Shown here piece by piece: positions 38,565-48,217 of a DNA stretch of 64,000 bases. A program made the position numbers and the translations under genes. The notes below the pieces were generated by a model. That model saw nothing but the letters and a program-made list of their open reading frames with translations, had not been told where the DNA came from and searched no databases. This DNA is from Arenicellales bacterium (lineage in GTDB: Bacteria > Pseudomonadota > Gammaproteobacteria > Arenicellales > Poriferihabitantaceae): positions 2,381,615-2,445,614 of the forward strand of contig OY843749.1 in NCBI GenBank assembly GCA_963693025.1, given 5' to 3'. Each line of letters starts with the position of its first letter. Position 1 is the stretch's first letter.

Positions 38565-40112
38565 TTAGACCGCTTGCGCCAGTTGCGGGTGGACTGCAAC
38601 CTCGGTGTCATAGAGTTTGTTGAGCGCGTTGATATACGCTTTGGCGGAGGCGGTTACGATGTCGAGGTCGGCGCCGTGGCCGTTGACGATGCGCCCCTCG
38701 CGCTCCAGCCGCACGCCGACTTCGCCCTGGGCGTCGGTGCCGCTGGTGATGCTGTTGACCGAATACAGTTGCAGCAAACTGCCGGACTGGACGATGGATT
38801 CAATCGCGCCGAAGGTCGCATCGACCACGCCGTTGCCGCGCCCGCGGGCGTTGATTTCTTCGCCGTCCACCACCACCGCCACCCTGGCGGTCGGGGTTTT
38901 GCCGGTGCGCGACGTGGTCTCCAGATATTTCAGGACGAAACGCGCCGGCGCCGCGCTGCTCGCCGACTCCCCGACCAGCGACTGCAAGTCGTCGTCGAAA
39001 ATCTCGTGCTTGTTGTCCGCCAAGTCTTTGAAACGGGCAAACGCGCGAGCCAGTTCCTCTTCGGATTCGAACTGAAAGCCGAGAAACTTCAAGCGCTCGG
39101 TGAATGCATTTCTGCCGGAGTGTTTGCCGAGCACGATGCGGTTGGCGGCCCAGCCGACGTCTTCGGCGCGCATGATTTCGTAAGTCTCGCGCGCCTTGAT
39201 GACGCCGTCTTGATGGATGCCGGCTTCGTGCGCGAAGGCGTTGGCGCCGACGATTGCCTTGTTCGGCTGCACCGGAAACCCGGTGATGCCCGACACCATG
39301 CGGCTGGCGGGCACGATTTGCGTGGCGTCGATGTCGCTGTCGCAGGCGAACATGTCCTGCCGGGTGCGAACCGCCATCACGACTTCCTCCAGCGAGGCAT
39401 TGCCGGCGCGCTCGCCGAGCCCGTTGATGGTGCATTCCACCTGGCGGGCGCCCGCCATGACCGCCGCCAGCGAGTTGGCGACCGCCACGCCGAGGTCGTT
39501 GTGGCAGTGCGCGGAAAACACGGCTTTGTCCGCGTTCGGGATGCGCGCGCGCAATTCGCCGATGAGGTCGCCGAACTGGCTCGGCATGTTGTAGCCGACG
39601 GTGTCCGGTATGTTGATGGTGCCGGCGCCGGCGTCGATGGCCGCCTCGATGATGCGGCACAGGAAGTCGAGGTCGGAGCGCCCCGCGTCCTCGGGCGAAA
39701 ACTCCACATCATCGGTATAACCGCGCGCCTGTTTGACCGCCGCCACCGCATGCTCCAACACTTGCTCCGGCGTCATGCGGAGTTTCCGCCGCATGTGGAT
39801 GGGCGAGGTCGCAATGAAGGTGTGGATGCGCGAAGACGCCGCCGGAGCGAGCGCCTCGCCGGCTTTGTCCACATCCCTGGGGTTGGCACGCGCCAGCGCG
39901 CACACGGTGCTGCCGGTGACGATGCCGGCAATCGCTTGGACGGCGTTGAAGTCGCCGGGGCTGGCGGCGGGGAATCCCGCCTCGATGACATCGACGCGCA
40001 TTTTCTCCAGTTGCCGGGCGACCCGAATTTTTTCCTCAAAGGTCATGGACGCGCCGGGGCTCTGCTCGCCGTCGCGCAGCGTGGTGTCGAAGATAATCAG
40101 TTTGTCTTTCAT
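38565..40112 (-). CDS. leuA: 2-isopropylmalate synthase
   Basis: [27 protein letters not shown]...A..LE...[24 protein letters not shown], and a C-terminal LeuA dimerisation/regulatory domain. Start set at ATG 40112 (GAGGCAGAG SD). Confidence 0.95.
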   Translation of the reverse strand: MKDKLIIFDTTLRDGEQSPGASMTFEEKIRVARQLEKMRVDVIEAGFPAASPGDFNAVQAIAGIVTGSTVCALARANPRDVDKAGEALAPAASSRIHTFIATSPIHMRRKLRMTPEQVLEHAVAAVKQARGYTDDVEFSPEDAGRSDLDFLCRIIEAAIDAGAGTINIPDTVGYNMPSQFGDLIGELRARIPNADKAVFSAHCHNDLGVAVANSLAAVMAGARQVECTINGLGERAGNASLEEVVMAVRTRQDMFACDSDIDATQIVPASRMVSGITGFPVQPNKAIVGANAFAHEAGIHQDGVIKARETYEIMRAEDVGWAANRIVLGKHSGRNAFTERLKFLGFQFESEEELARAFARFKDLADNKHEIFDDDLQSLVGESASSAAPARFVLKYLETTSRTGKTPTARVAVVVDGEEINARGRGNGVVDATFGAIESIVQSGSLLQLYSVNSITSGTDAQGEVGVRLEREGRIVNGHGADLDIVTASAKAYINALNKLYDTEVAVHPQLAQAV

Positions 40113-40500
40113 TTTCTCTGCCTCAATAACTCGCTCGAAGGTGTCGGATGAATGCGCTCCCACCGTCGACTAGCGCGACCGCCGGCGTGGCATTCGGGAT
40201 TACAGCAGGGGATGAGGTATTTGAGTATTAGTGCGCGCGAACGCGCAGTAGCGGCAGAGCGCCGGTGTTGAGCGCGAGCGGGGGAAGCGGCAATGGCAAC
40301 GATGCCAACGCGGCGCCGGCGCGCGCGGTGGCGGCGGCAACGGCAACGGCGGGGATGCGCGGTGTGCGCAACGCGTGATGGCTCGGCTCGGTCAACATTC
40401 GGCGACTGTATAACATCGAAAAACACAATGCAAGCGGAATTTTCATCGAAACTTTCATCGAAACTGCGGCGGGAATTCGCGCGGGGTCAGCGTATGGGAC

Positions 40501-41298
40501 TCAGCCCGCTTTGCCGGCGGAGTCGTCATCGTCGTCGTCGCTGTCGGGCAGGAACGCCGGGCTTTCGCCGGTGCCGCGCTGCCAGCGCAACAGCCAGCCG
40601 ACCGGACCGGAAGCCGCGTAGGCGAACGCCATCAGGAACAAGACTCTGGGCGGGTCGAAGAAAATCAGCACGAATATCACCACGAAGGCGATGAGAATGG
40701 CGAAGGGGATGCGGTTGATGAGGTCGAAGTCTTTGAAACTGCGAAACTTCAAATTGCTGACCATCAGCACCGCCAGAATGAGCGTGGCGCCGGCGCTAAT
40801 CCACGGCATCGACTGGCCGTCGATGCCCGACTCGTTGAAATTCCACACCCAGAAAACCACGAAAGCGGCGGCGGACGGGCAGGGTATGCCGTGGAAATAG
40901 CGGCTGTCTTTGAGGGTGAGCGTGTTGAATCTGGCGAGGCGCAAGGCGGTGGCGGCGGTGTATAGGAAGGCGATGAGCCAGCCGGTTTTGCCGATGACCT
41001 GCAGCGACCAGAAATACATCACCAGCGCCGGCGCGAGGCCGAAGGCGACCAAGTCCACGAGGCTGTCGTATTCCTTGCCGAAGTCGCTGGCGGTGTTGGT
41101 CCAGCGGGCGACGCGCCCGTCGAGCCCGTCCATAATCATCGCAATCAGCAGCCCGATGGCGGCTTTCTCGAAGTTGCCGTGCGTCGCCTGAATGATGGCG
41201 TAGAAGCCGAAGAACAGCCCGGCGGTGGTGAACAAACTCGGCAAAAAATAAATGCCGCCCTTGCGCCCGCCGTTGGCTTGACCGCCCTGCTCATTCAT
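40501..41298 (-). CDS. pssA: CDP-diacylglycerol--serine O-phosphatidyltransferase
   Basis: CDP-alcohol phosphatidyltransferase motif DGLDGRVAR....S.FG.E.DSL.D in a multi-TM protein. Overlaps psd by 8 nt. Confidence 0.85.
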   Translation of the reverse strand: MNEQGGQANGGRKGGIYFLPSLFTTAGLFFGFYAIIQATHGNFEKAAIGLLIAMIMDGLDGRVARWTNTASDFGKEYDSLVDLVAFGLAPALVMYFWSLQVIGKTGWLIAFLYTAATALRLARFNTLTLKDSRYFHGIPCPSAAAFVVFWVWNFNESGIDGQSMPWISAGATLILAVLMVSNLKFRSFKDFDLINRIPFAILIAFVVIFVLIFFDPPRVLFLMAFAYAASGPVGWLLRWQRGTGESPAFLPDSDDDDDDSAGKAG

Positions 41299-41971
41299 CG
41301 GCGTGCGCCGCGTGTTCGTGTTGACAATTTCCGATTACCGCAATCACATCGTTGCCCGATTCAACCCACTGCCCCAATTTTACCACCAGCCGGGCGTCGG
41401 TCGGGAGATACAAATCAACGCGCGAGCCGAAGCGAATAAACCCATAACGCTGCCCCGTCACCACCGCGTCCCCCGCCTTCACCGAACACAAAATCCGCCG
41501 CGCAATCAACCCGGCAATCTGCACGCAGACAACCTCCTCGCCGGCGGCGGTTTTAATCCAAACGACGTTGCGCTCGTTATGCTCCGAAGACTTGTCCAAC
41601 GCCGCATTGAAAAACTTGCCGGGATAATGCCGGCACCGCGCAACCGTCCCGCCGATGGGAATCAAGTTGGAGTGCACCGAAAAAACATTCATAAAGATAC
41701 TAACCTTAACCGACCGCACCCCTTCCAAATAAGGATTATCAACCTCCCCCACCCCCACAACCTTCCCACTAGCCGGACTAACCACCCCCCCCGGCTCCTC
41801 GCTGATACGACGCTTCGGATCACGAAAAAACTGAAAGATAAACGCGACTAACAACCACACGATAATCGACCAGTAACCGAATAACCAAGTGGCGGTGATG
41901 CCGGTTGCAACGGCGATGACAAGATGCGCGCGCCCTTCGGGGGCGAGGATGGGGTGGCTGGGTGGGGGCAT
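41291..41971 (-). CDS. psd: Phosphatidylserine decarboxylase (short, Asd-type proenzyme)
   Basis: ..N.R......T..G.....QIAG..ARRI.......V..G...G.I.FGSRVD.Y.P contains the self-cleavage G-S site. Operonic with pssA. Confidence 0.85.
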   Translation of the reverse strand: MPPPSHPILAPEGRAHLVIAVATGITATWLFGYWSIIVWLLVAFIFQFFRDPKRRISEEPGGVVSPASGKVVGVGEVDNPYLEGVRSVKVSIFMNVFSVHSNLIPIGGTVARCRHYPGKFFNAALDKSSEHNERNVVWIKTAAGEEVVCVQIAGLIARRILCSVKAGDAVVTGQRYGFIRFGSRVDLYLPTDARLVVKLGQWVESGNDVIAVIGNCQHEHAAHADE

Positions 41972-42003
41972 TGGGGTAGTTTAATACAAAATCCCCGACA
42001 ACG

Positions 42004-42413
42004 GCGTCATTCCAACGTCGTCATTCTCGAGCGTTAGTGTCCGTTTGCCGCCGCGCTTCTTCTTTTAAGCGGCGGCTTACGGACACTTACGACCTCGGGA
42101 ATCTCCCTAAGACTGGCACGGGCTTTGTTGAAATTCACGGTAGTCTTAGGGAGATTCCCGAAGGCGATGAAAAATCCGCCGGGAGCGGATTTTCGCGTAG
42201 CCCGAAGGGTTTGTATCAGGGATGATACAAACAAAAATATGGTCGCCTATCGGCTCCCTATTTTTCTATCGTTCGAGAATGACGGGTATATAACTCGTCA
42301 TTCTCGAGCGTTAGTGTCCGTTGCCGCCGCGCTTTTTCTTTTAAGCGGCGGCTTACGGACACTTGCGTCCTCGGGAATCTCCCGCAAGTTTGCGATGAGG
42401 GTGCGAGGGCTTT
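42004..42413. repeat. GTCATTCTCGA-family repeat, locus 7 (one element with the nested ~58-bp insertion, plus a second element truncated by the AT-rich island)
   Basis: The first element (about 42019-42290, inverted orientation) contains the same nested insert as locus 4. The second starts at 42297 and loses family similarity after GGGCTTTGTT(A)AAG at about 42413, where the DUF3800 gene ends. Confidence 0.85.
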
Positions 42414-42414
42414 G

Positions 42415-43224
42415 TTAAAGTGTGAATAAATCACGTGTTGAAGTTTTTGGGATATTTTGGTAATTCCATGCTATAGGTGAAAGAATCCGGAGCAGTTCCT
42501 CGTCGCGATAATTTGGTTTTTCTTTTCCGATAATAAGTTGCGATCGATTTAAGGAAAACGCAGCAAAATCTGCCAGTTGTAATGGTAGTATGGTATCTGA
42601 TCTCGCAAAACAGATTGTTCCATCGACAAATACCTTATTCAATGAGGGTATACGTATTCCAATTCCATTTTTTTTGTAACCTTCATCGACAAATACTCGT
42701 GCTAGTTTATTATCCGCCGTGTAAAATTTTTCTAAATACCATTTTACCCGAAGAAGAAGAAGAAACAGCGCAAAATCTTCGTGTCTCTGAAGGTTGAAGC
42801 ACCCTACCTGTTTTGGAAATTTTCTTCGGCTACGAATATCCTCAATTGATTTCGGATCAAGTGTCTGCACAAAAATTGGAAATCGATAAATCTCAAATAT
42901 TTTTGCCATAAACCTGAACAAGGCAAGACGTAAATCGATCGAAACATTTCTGAACGCTTTTCTACCCATATAAATATCTGTAAAGTGAAATTCATTTACC
43001 CCAAACAGTTTGTTCACTTCTTCAAGAGCATTCGGGAACTGTTCCCAGACTTCCGCAATTTGTGTCTTTGGGACTACAACAGCAACCCATGTCTTCCTAT
43101 CTGGGTGTAGGTTGCTTGGGGTGTCTTGCAAGCCGGGGGAACCCGTATCGTCAATAAATACAGCGTGAATTTTGCCTAATCGCTGCTCATTTACAAAATC
43201 CTGATACCGCAATTTAATATTCAT
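42415..43224 (-). CDS. DUF3800-domain protein
   Basis: N-terminal IHAVFIDDTGSPG and C-terminal ILPLQLADFAAF match the DUF3800 pattern (DESG-like N-motif, QLAD C-motif) as I recall it. AT-rich. Start set at MNIKLRY (43224). Confidence 0.6.
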   Translation of the reverse strand: MNIKLRYQDFVNEQRLGKIHAVFIDDTGSPGLQDTPSNLHPDRKTWVAVVVPKTQIAEVWEQFPNALEEVNKLFGVNEFHFTDIYMGRKAFRNVSIDLRLALFRFMAKIFEIYRFPIFVQTLDPKSIEDIRSRRKFPKQVGCFNLQRHEDFALFLLLLRVKWYLEKFYTADNKLARVFVDEGYKKNGIGIRIPSLNKVFVDGTICFARSDTILPLQLADFAAFSLNRSQLIIGKEKPNYRDEELLRILSPIAWNYQNIPKTSTRDLFTL

Positions 43225-43241
43225 ACTAAACGAAGAACATG

Positions 43242-43916
43242 TTAGTGGTGTGTATCTCCTAAAAAGAGACCAAAGCTGAAATCCACATCGCCGTTCGAGA
43301 GTTGACCTGTTATGTGATATGAGCTGGTTGTAATGCATACTTCTTCACCAGACTGTAGAGTTATTACCTCTTCTGACTTATTTATGCTGTTGGTTTGTGG
43401 AACGCACGCTTCATCGACTCCCGCATCTGACTCTATAGAGATAGAACTTTTTATAGCAATTAGTTGGCGATTTTCATTAAAGCATCTTATTACATTAACT
43501 GTTTTTTTGCGATCCAAACTGCTGGGAATCAGCCAACCAGGAGCTCTTTCAGGATTTACCTCCCAAATGACAGGTACAACTACACGGGCTTCTATTTCTT
43601 TTCTAAGAGCCAGCCCTTTGTCGTGGTATCCGTGTGGGCTGAATCGTAAAAAGCGTTTAAAAAATTCTGTTCGCGCATATTGCTCATCGGCAAGAAGTCG
43701 TGCTGCCCGTTCTGCTTGTTGTTTCTGCTTTTTTTGTTCGCGAGCGTCATGTTCGACCTGAGCTGTTTTGGTCTCGTACAAGTCCCACAAATAATAGGCG
43801 GCACACATAGCAAGCAAGATAAATGTAAGCCACGGCAAAGCTGGAAAAGCAAGAAATGCGGTAAGAATAGCGAGGTAGTAACCCACGGAATTAGTCCCAG
43901 TGTTTTTCAAAAGCAA
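43242..43916 (-). CDS. Hypothetical membrane-anchored protein (2 N-terminal TM, charged coil, globular C-domain)
   Basis: SVGYYLAILTAFLAFPALPWLTFILLAMCAAYYLW, followed by EQKKQKQQAERAARLL. AT-rich. Lies 17 nt upstream of the DUF3800 gene on the same strand. Confidence 0.5.
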   Translation of the reverse strand: MLLKNTGTNSVGYYLAILTAFLAFPALPWLTFILLAMCAAYYLWDLYETKTAQVEHDAREQKKQKQQAERAARLLADEQYARTEFFKRFLRFSPHGYHDKGLALRKEIEARVVVPVIWEVNPERAPGWLIPSSLDRKKTVNVIRCFNENRQLIAIKSSISIESDAGVDEACVPQTNSINKSEEVITLQSGEEVCITTSSYHITGQLSNGDVDFSFGLFLGDTHH

Positions 43917-44035
43917 TTAGTTTTACATTAACTACCACTCGATTTATAGTTAAAATTAATACGGTGAATTTAACGCTATCAAGAATGACGCGGAGTAAGG
44001 AGTTTAGCGAAACTCAACCCGCCATCAGTCTCCCC

Positions 44036-45067
<1,032 letters not shown>

Positions 45068-45112
45068 TTAGGTTTATGGGAATTGGGGTGAATTTTAGCG
45101 CGAAGGTCGCAT

Positions 45113-45754
45113 TTATCGGTGAGAGATTAAGAAACGCGAGCGAACAACTCGCACATAGGTTGCAAAAGGGTTAAAGCCCGACACTCTTTCGGCATATTGG
45201 TCGTAAGTATTTCCGAATGCTTTGCGCAAAACGGTTTCCTCCCTGTTTGCGCGGATGCTGATGCCTGTGACGATGGGGATTAGTATCAATGCGATAGGCG
45301 GTGATTGAAGGAATATCACAATCCCTACTGTGTCTAAAATATACGCAAAATAAAGCGGATGTCGAAGCCACGCGAAAACGCCGCTTTCAACGAGTTGATG
45401 CTGGTTTCGGATATCAATGTTCAGGCTATACATTGGTCCAAGTTGATGAAGCGCAAGCAGGCGAATCGTTATTCCCGACAGGAACACAATCCACCCAAGC
45501 GCAAATAACCATGTTGTCTCAACGCTTATAATAATAAGGTATGGAACCAAGAGAACAAGCAGATTTTTGGGAATGACTACCAGAAGCATCTCACCCCAGT
45601 CACCGGACTCTCCCGACTTGTCTCTTCGATGCAGAAGTATGGCTTGGAAAATCAGCCTCAGCCCATAAATAGCGATAAAAGCGCCGGCCGCAAGCAACCG
45701 CTCTGCCGGAATAGCCGACAGCGACAAATTTCCTGTTGATATAACTTCAAACAT
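45113..45754 (-). CDS. Isoprenylcysteine carboxyl methyltransferase (ICMT/PEMT)-family membrane methyltransferase
   Basis: Multi-TM protein with C-terminal LVESGVFAWLRHPLYFAYILDTVG...E..L...FG..Y..Y, characteristic of the ICMT/phospholipid methyltransferase family. Lower G+C than the flanking ilv genes. Confidence 0.7.
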   Translation of the reverse strand: MFEVISTGNLSLSAIPAERLLAAGAFIAIYGLRLIFQAILLHRRDKSGESGDWGEMLLVVIPKNLLVLLVPYLIIISVETTWLFALGWIVFLSGITIRLLALHQLGPMYSLNIDIRNQHQLVESGVFAWLRHPLYFAYILDTVGIVIFLQSPPIALILIPIVTGISIRANREETVLRKAFGNTYDQYAERVSGFNPFATYVRVVRSRFLISHR

Positions 45755-45843
45755 TCGGCGTTTATATCAATATATCAATATTAATGCAATCACTCCCGCA
45801 CCAACCACTTTGGCGGGTTTTATAGCGCGTCGTACTCTTGCCG

Positions 45844-46338
45844 CTAAACCTTCAAAGCGCGCTTGCCGCGGCCAATGCCGGATATGCCCGAGCGCACCAC
45901 TTCGATAATTTCAAACGGCGCAAGCGCCTCGAGAAACGCGTCCACCTTTTGGCTATTGCCGGTCAGTTCCAGGGTGTAGGTGGAATCGGTTACGTCGATG
46001 ATGCGACCGCGGAATATATCGTTCAACCGTTTGATTTCTTCGCGCTGGTCGCTGCCGGTGGTACCCACCTTGACCAGCATCAACTCGCGTTCAATGTGAT
46101 GCCCCTCGGTCAGGTCGCTCAGTTTGACCACCTCGATTAACTTGTTCAACTGCTTGGTGATTTGCTCTATTATTTGGTCGGTGCCAAAGGTGACGATGGT
46201 CATGCGCGACAGCGAGTCGTCATCGGTGGGGGCGACGGTCAGCGACTCGATGTTGTAGCCGCGCGCGGAGAAAAGCCCCGCCACGCGGGAGAGCGCGCCG
46301 GCTTCGTTTTCCAGCAACACGGAAATGATTCTGCGCAT
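45844..46338 (-). CDS. ilvH: Acetolactate synthase small (regulatory) subunit
   Basis: MRRIISVLLENEAGALSRVAGLFSARGYNIESLTVAPT.D...SRMTIV is the ACT-domain IlvH/IlvN signature. The ATG overlaps the ilvI stop by 1 nt. Confidence 0.95.
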   Translation of the reverse strand: MRRIISVLLENEAGALSRVAGLFSARGYNIESLTVAPTDDDSLSRMTIVTFGTDQIIEQITKQLNKLIEVVKLSDLTEGHHIERELMLVKVGTTGSDQREEIKRLNDIFRGRIIDVTDSTYTLELTGNSQKVDAFLEALAPFEIIEVVRSGISGIGRGKRALKV

Positions 46339-48074
46339 CACGCCAACTCCCGTTCCACTTCCGCTTCGCCCGCGCACCCCGGCTTCAAGTGCATCTCGTT
46401 GTGCCCCTTGCCGGCGGCGATCATCGGATAGACGTTTTCGGCGGGGTCGGTGACCACATCGACAAACACCAACCGCTCCTTCATTGCGAACGCTTGCTTG
46501 AGCGCGTCCTCCACCTCCGCCGGCTTTTCAACGCGCATGCCGGCATGCCCGAAACTCTCCGCCAGCGCGACGAAATCGGGCAGCGCGTCCATGTAGGAAT
46601 GCGAGTAGCGGCGGTCGTAAAAAAACTCCTGCCACTGGCGCACCATGCCCATGTAGCGGTTGTTCAGGTTGATGACTTTAATCGGCAGGTCGTATTGTTT
46701 GCAGGTGGACAATTCCTGAATGCACATGATGATGCTGGCGTCGCCGGTGATGCAGGCGACCGCTTCTTTCGGATGCGCGAGTTGCACGCCCATCGCCGCC
46801 GGCAAACCGAAACCCATCGTTCCCAGCCCGCCGGAATTAATCCAACGGCGCGGCGCCTCGAAGCCGTAATACTGCGCCGCCCACATCTGATGCTGCCCGA
46901 CATCGGACGTCACGAACGCATCGCCGCCGGTCACCTCCATCATCTTCTGCACGACATACTGCGGCTTGATGACCTCGTCGCTGTGCGTGTAAGCGAGCGA
47001 GTCGAGCGACTTCCACTCATCGATTTGCCGCCACCAGCGCTCCACCGCCGGACGCTCGATTTCATCGAGGCGCGGCGCCGCCAGTTTCACCATCTCGCCG
47101 AGCACGTCGCCGCAGTCGCCGACGATGGGCACTTCCACCGCCACGTTCTTGCCGATGCTCGACGGGTCAATGTCGATTTGCACGATGCGGGTGCCGGGCG
47201 AAAATTTTTCCAAGTCGCCGGTCACGCGGTCGTCAAAACGCGCGCCGACCGCGAGCATGACATCGCAGTCATGCATCGCCATGTTGGATTCGTAAGTGCC
47301 GTGCATGCCGAGCATGCCGAGGAAATAGCGGTTGGACGCGGCGATCGCGCCCAGCCCCATCAGCGTGGTGGTGCACGGAAAGCCGAGCAGGTCGACCAAT
47401 TCGCGCAAGGGCTTTTGCGCGTCGCCGAGCACCGCCCCGCCGCCGGTGTAAATAATCGGACGCTTGGCGCGCAACAGTAAATCCACGCCGCGCGCAATCT
47501 GCTTGCTGTGCCCCTTGCTGCGCGGCTGGTAGGAGCGCATGGCGACGCGCTTGGGGTAATCATACGCCGCGGTTTCGTTGGTGATGTCCTTGGGCACATC
47601 CACAACCACCGGACCGGGGCGCCCCGACGTGGCGAGATAGAACGCCTTTTTCATCGTCGTGGCGAGGTCGGCGACGTCCTTGACGAGGAAGTTATGCTTG
47701 ACGCACGGGCGCGTGATGCCGACCGTGTCCACCTCCTGAAAAGCGTCGTCGCCAATCAGCGTGGACGGCACCTGCGCGGTGATAACCACCATCGGAATGG
47801 AGTCCATAAAAGCCGTGGCGATGCCGGTGACCGTGTTGGTCACCCCCGGTCCCGAAGTCACCAACACCACCCCCGGCTTGCCGGTCGAGCGGGCATAACC
47901 ATCGGCGGCATGCGTCGCCCCCTGCTCGTGCCGCACCAAAATATGCTTGACCGCCTCCTGGCGATACAACGCATCATAAATATGCAACGCCGCCCCGCCG
48001 GGGTAGCCAAAAATAAACTCAATCTGCTCATCCTGCAAACAACGGACAAGAATCTCAGCGCCGGTAATCGTCAC
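46338..48074 (-). CDS. ilvI: Acetolactate synthase large subunit
   Basis: TGAEILVRCLQDEQIEFIFGYPGGAALHIYDAL, the ThDP motif GGLGTMGFGLPAAMG, and ..NN..MGMVRQWQ. Start moved to GTG 48074 (AGGTGG SD 8 nt upstream) because the track's N-terminal 56 aa translate a repeat element. Confidence 0.9.
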   Translation of the reverse strand: MTITGAEILVRCLQDEQIEFIFGYPGGAALHIYDALYRQEAVKHILVRHEQGATHAADGYARSTGKPGVVLVTSGPGVTNTVTGIATAFMDSIPMVVITAQVPSTLIGDDAFQEVDTVGITRPCVKHNFLVKDVADLATTMKKAFYLATSGRPGPVVVDVPKDITNETAAYDYPKRVAMRSYQPRSKGHSKQIARGVDLLLRAKRPIIYTGGGAVLGDAQKPLRELVDLLGFPCTTTLMGLGAIAASNRYFLGMLGMHGTYESNMAMHDCDVMLAVGARFDDRVTGDLEKFSPGTRIVQIDIDPSSIGKNVAVEVPIVGDCGDVLGEMVKLAAPRLDEIERPAVERWWRQIDEWKSLDSLAYTHSDEVIKPQYVVQKMMEVTGGDAFVTSDVGQHQMWAAQYYGFEAPRRWINSGGLGTMGFGLPAAMGVQLAHPKEAVACITGDASIIMCIQELSTCKQYDLPIKVINLNNRYMGMVRQWQEFFYDRRYSHSYMDALPDFVALAESFGHAGMRVEKPAEVEDALKQAFAMKERLVFVDVVTDPAENVYPMIAAGKGHNEMHLKPGCAGEAEVERELA

Positions 48075-48087
48075 TTTGCACCCACCT

Positions 48088-48122
48088 ATAAAAAAACCAC
48101 CGAAAACCCCCTGCGCGGGGGG
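48088..48122 (-). promoter_or_regulatory. GC hairpin plus U-run immediately upstream of the ilvI RBS (possible attenuator/leader terminator)
   Basis: The minus strand reads CCCCCC-GCGCA-GGGGG followed by TTTTCGGTGGTTTTTTTAT, then AGGTGG and GTG. A TATACT hexamer (48136-48141, minus strand) sits about 14 nt upstream of the hairpin. I found no leader peptide. Confidence 0.25.
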
Positions 48123-48181
48123 CGAATGAGGGGGGAGTATAGCGGGAAATGGATGGGTAAATAAACCCCCAGCCTCAACTT

Positions 48182-48213
48182 CGTCATTCTCGAATGATAG
48201 AAAAATAAGGAGC
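48182..48213. repeat. Single GTCATTCTCGA-family head unit, interrupted at its 3' end by the IS1182-family element
   Basis: CGTCATTCTCGAATGATAGAAAAATAAGGAGC. The remainder of the element resumes at 49839 after the IS. Confidence 0.85.
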
Positions 48214-48217
48214 GATA

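Noticed and set aside
40113-40500. leuA leader peptide/attenuator, including the 76-aa ORF 40228..40458 and the tandem TTTCATCGAAAC x2 at about 40443-40466.
   Set aside because: There is no run of consecutive Leu codons in a short leader and no convincing terminator/antiterminator pair. The 76-aa ORF is Ala/Leu/Pro-rich GC-frame noise. The 12-bp tandem repeat is noted but too weak to call.
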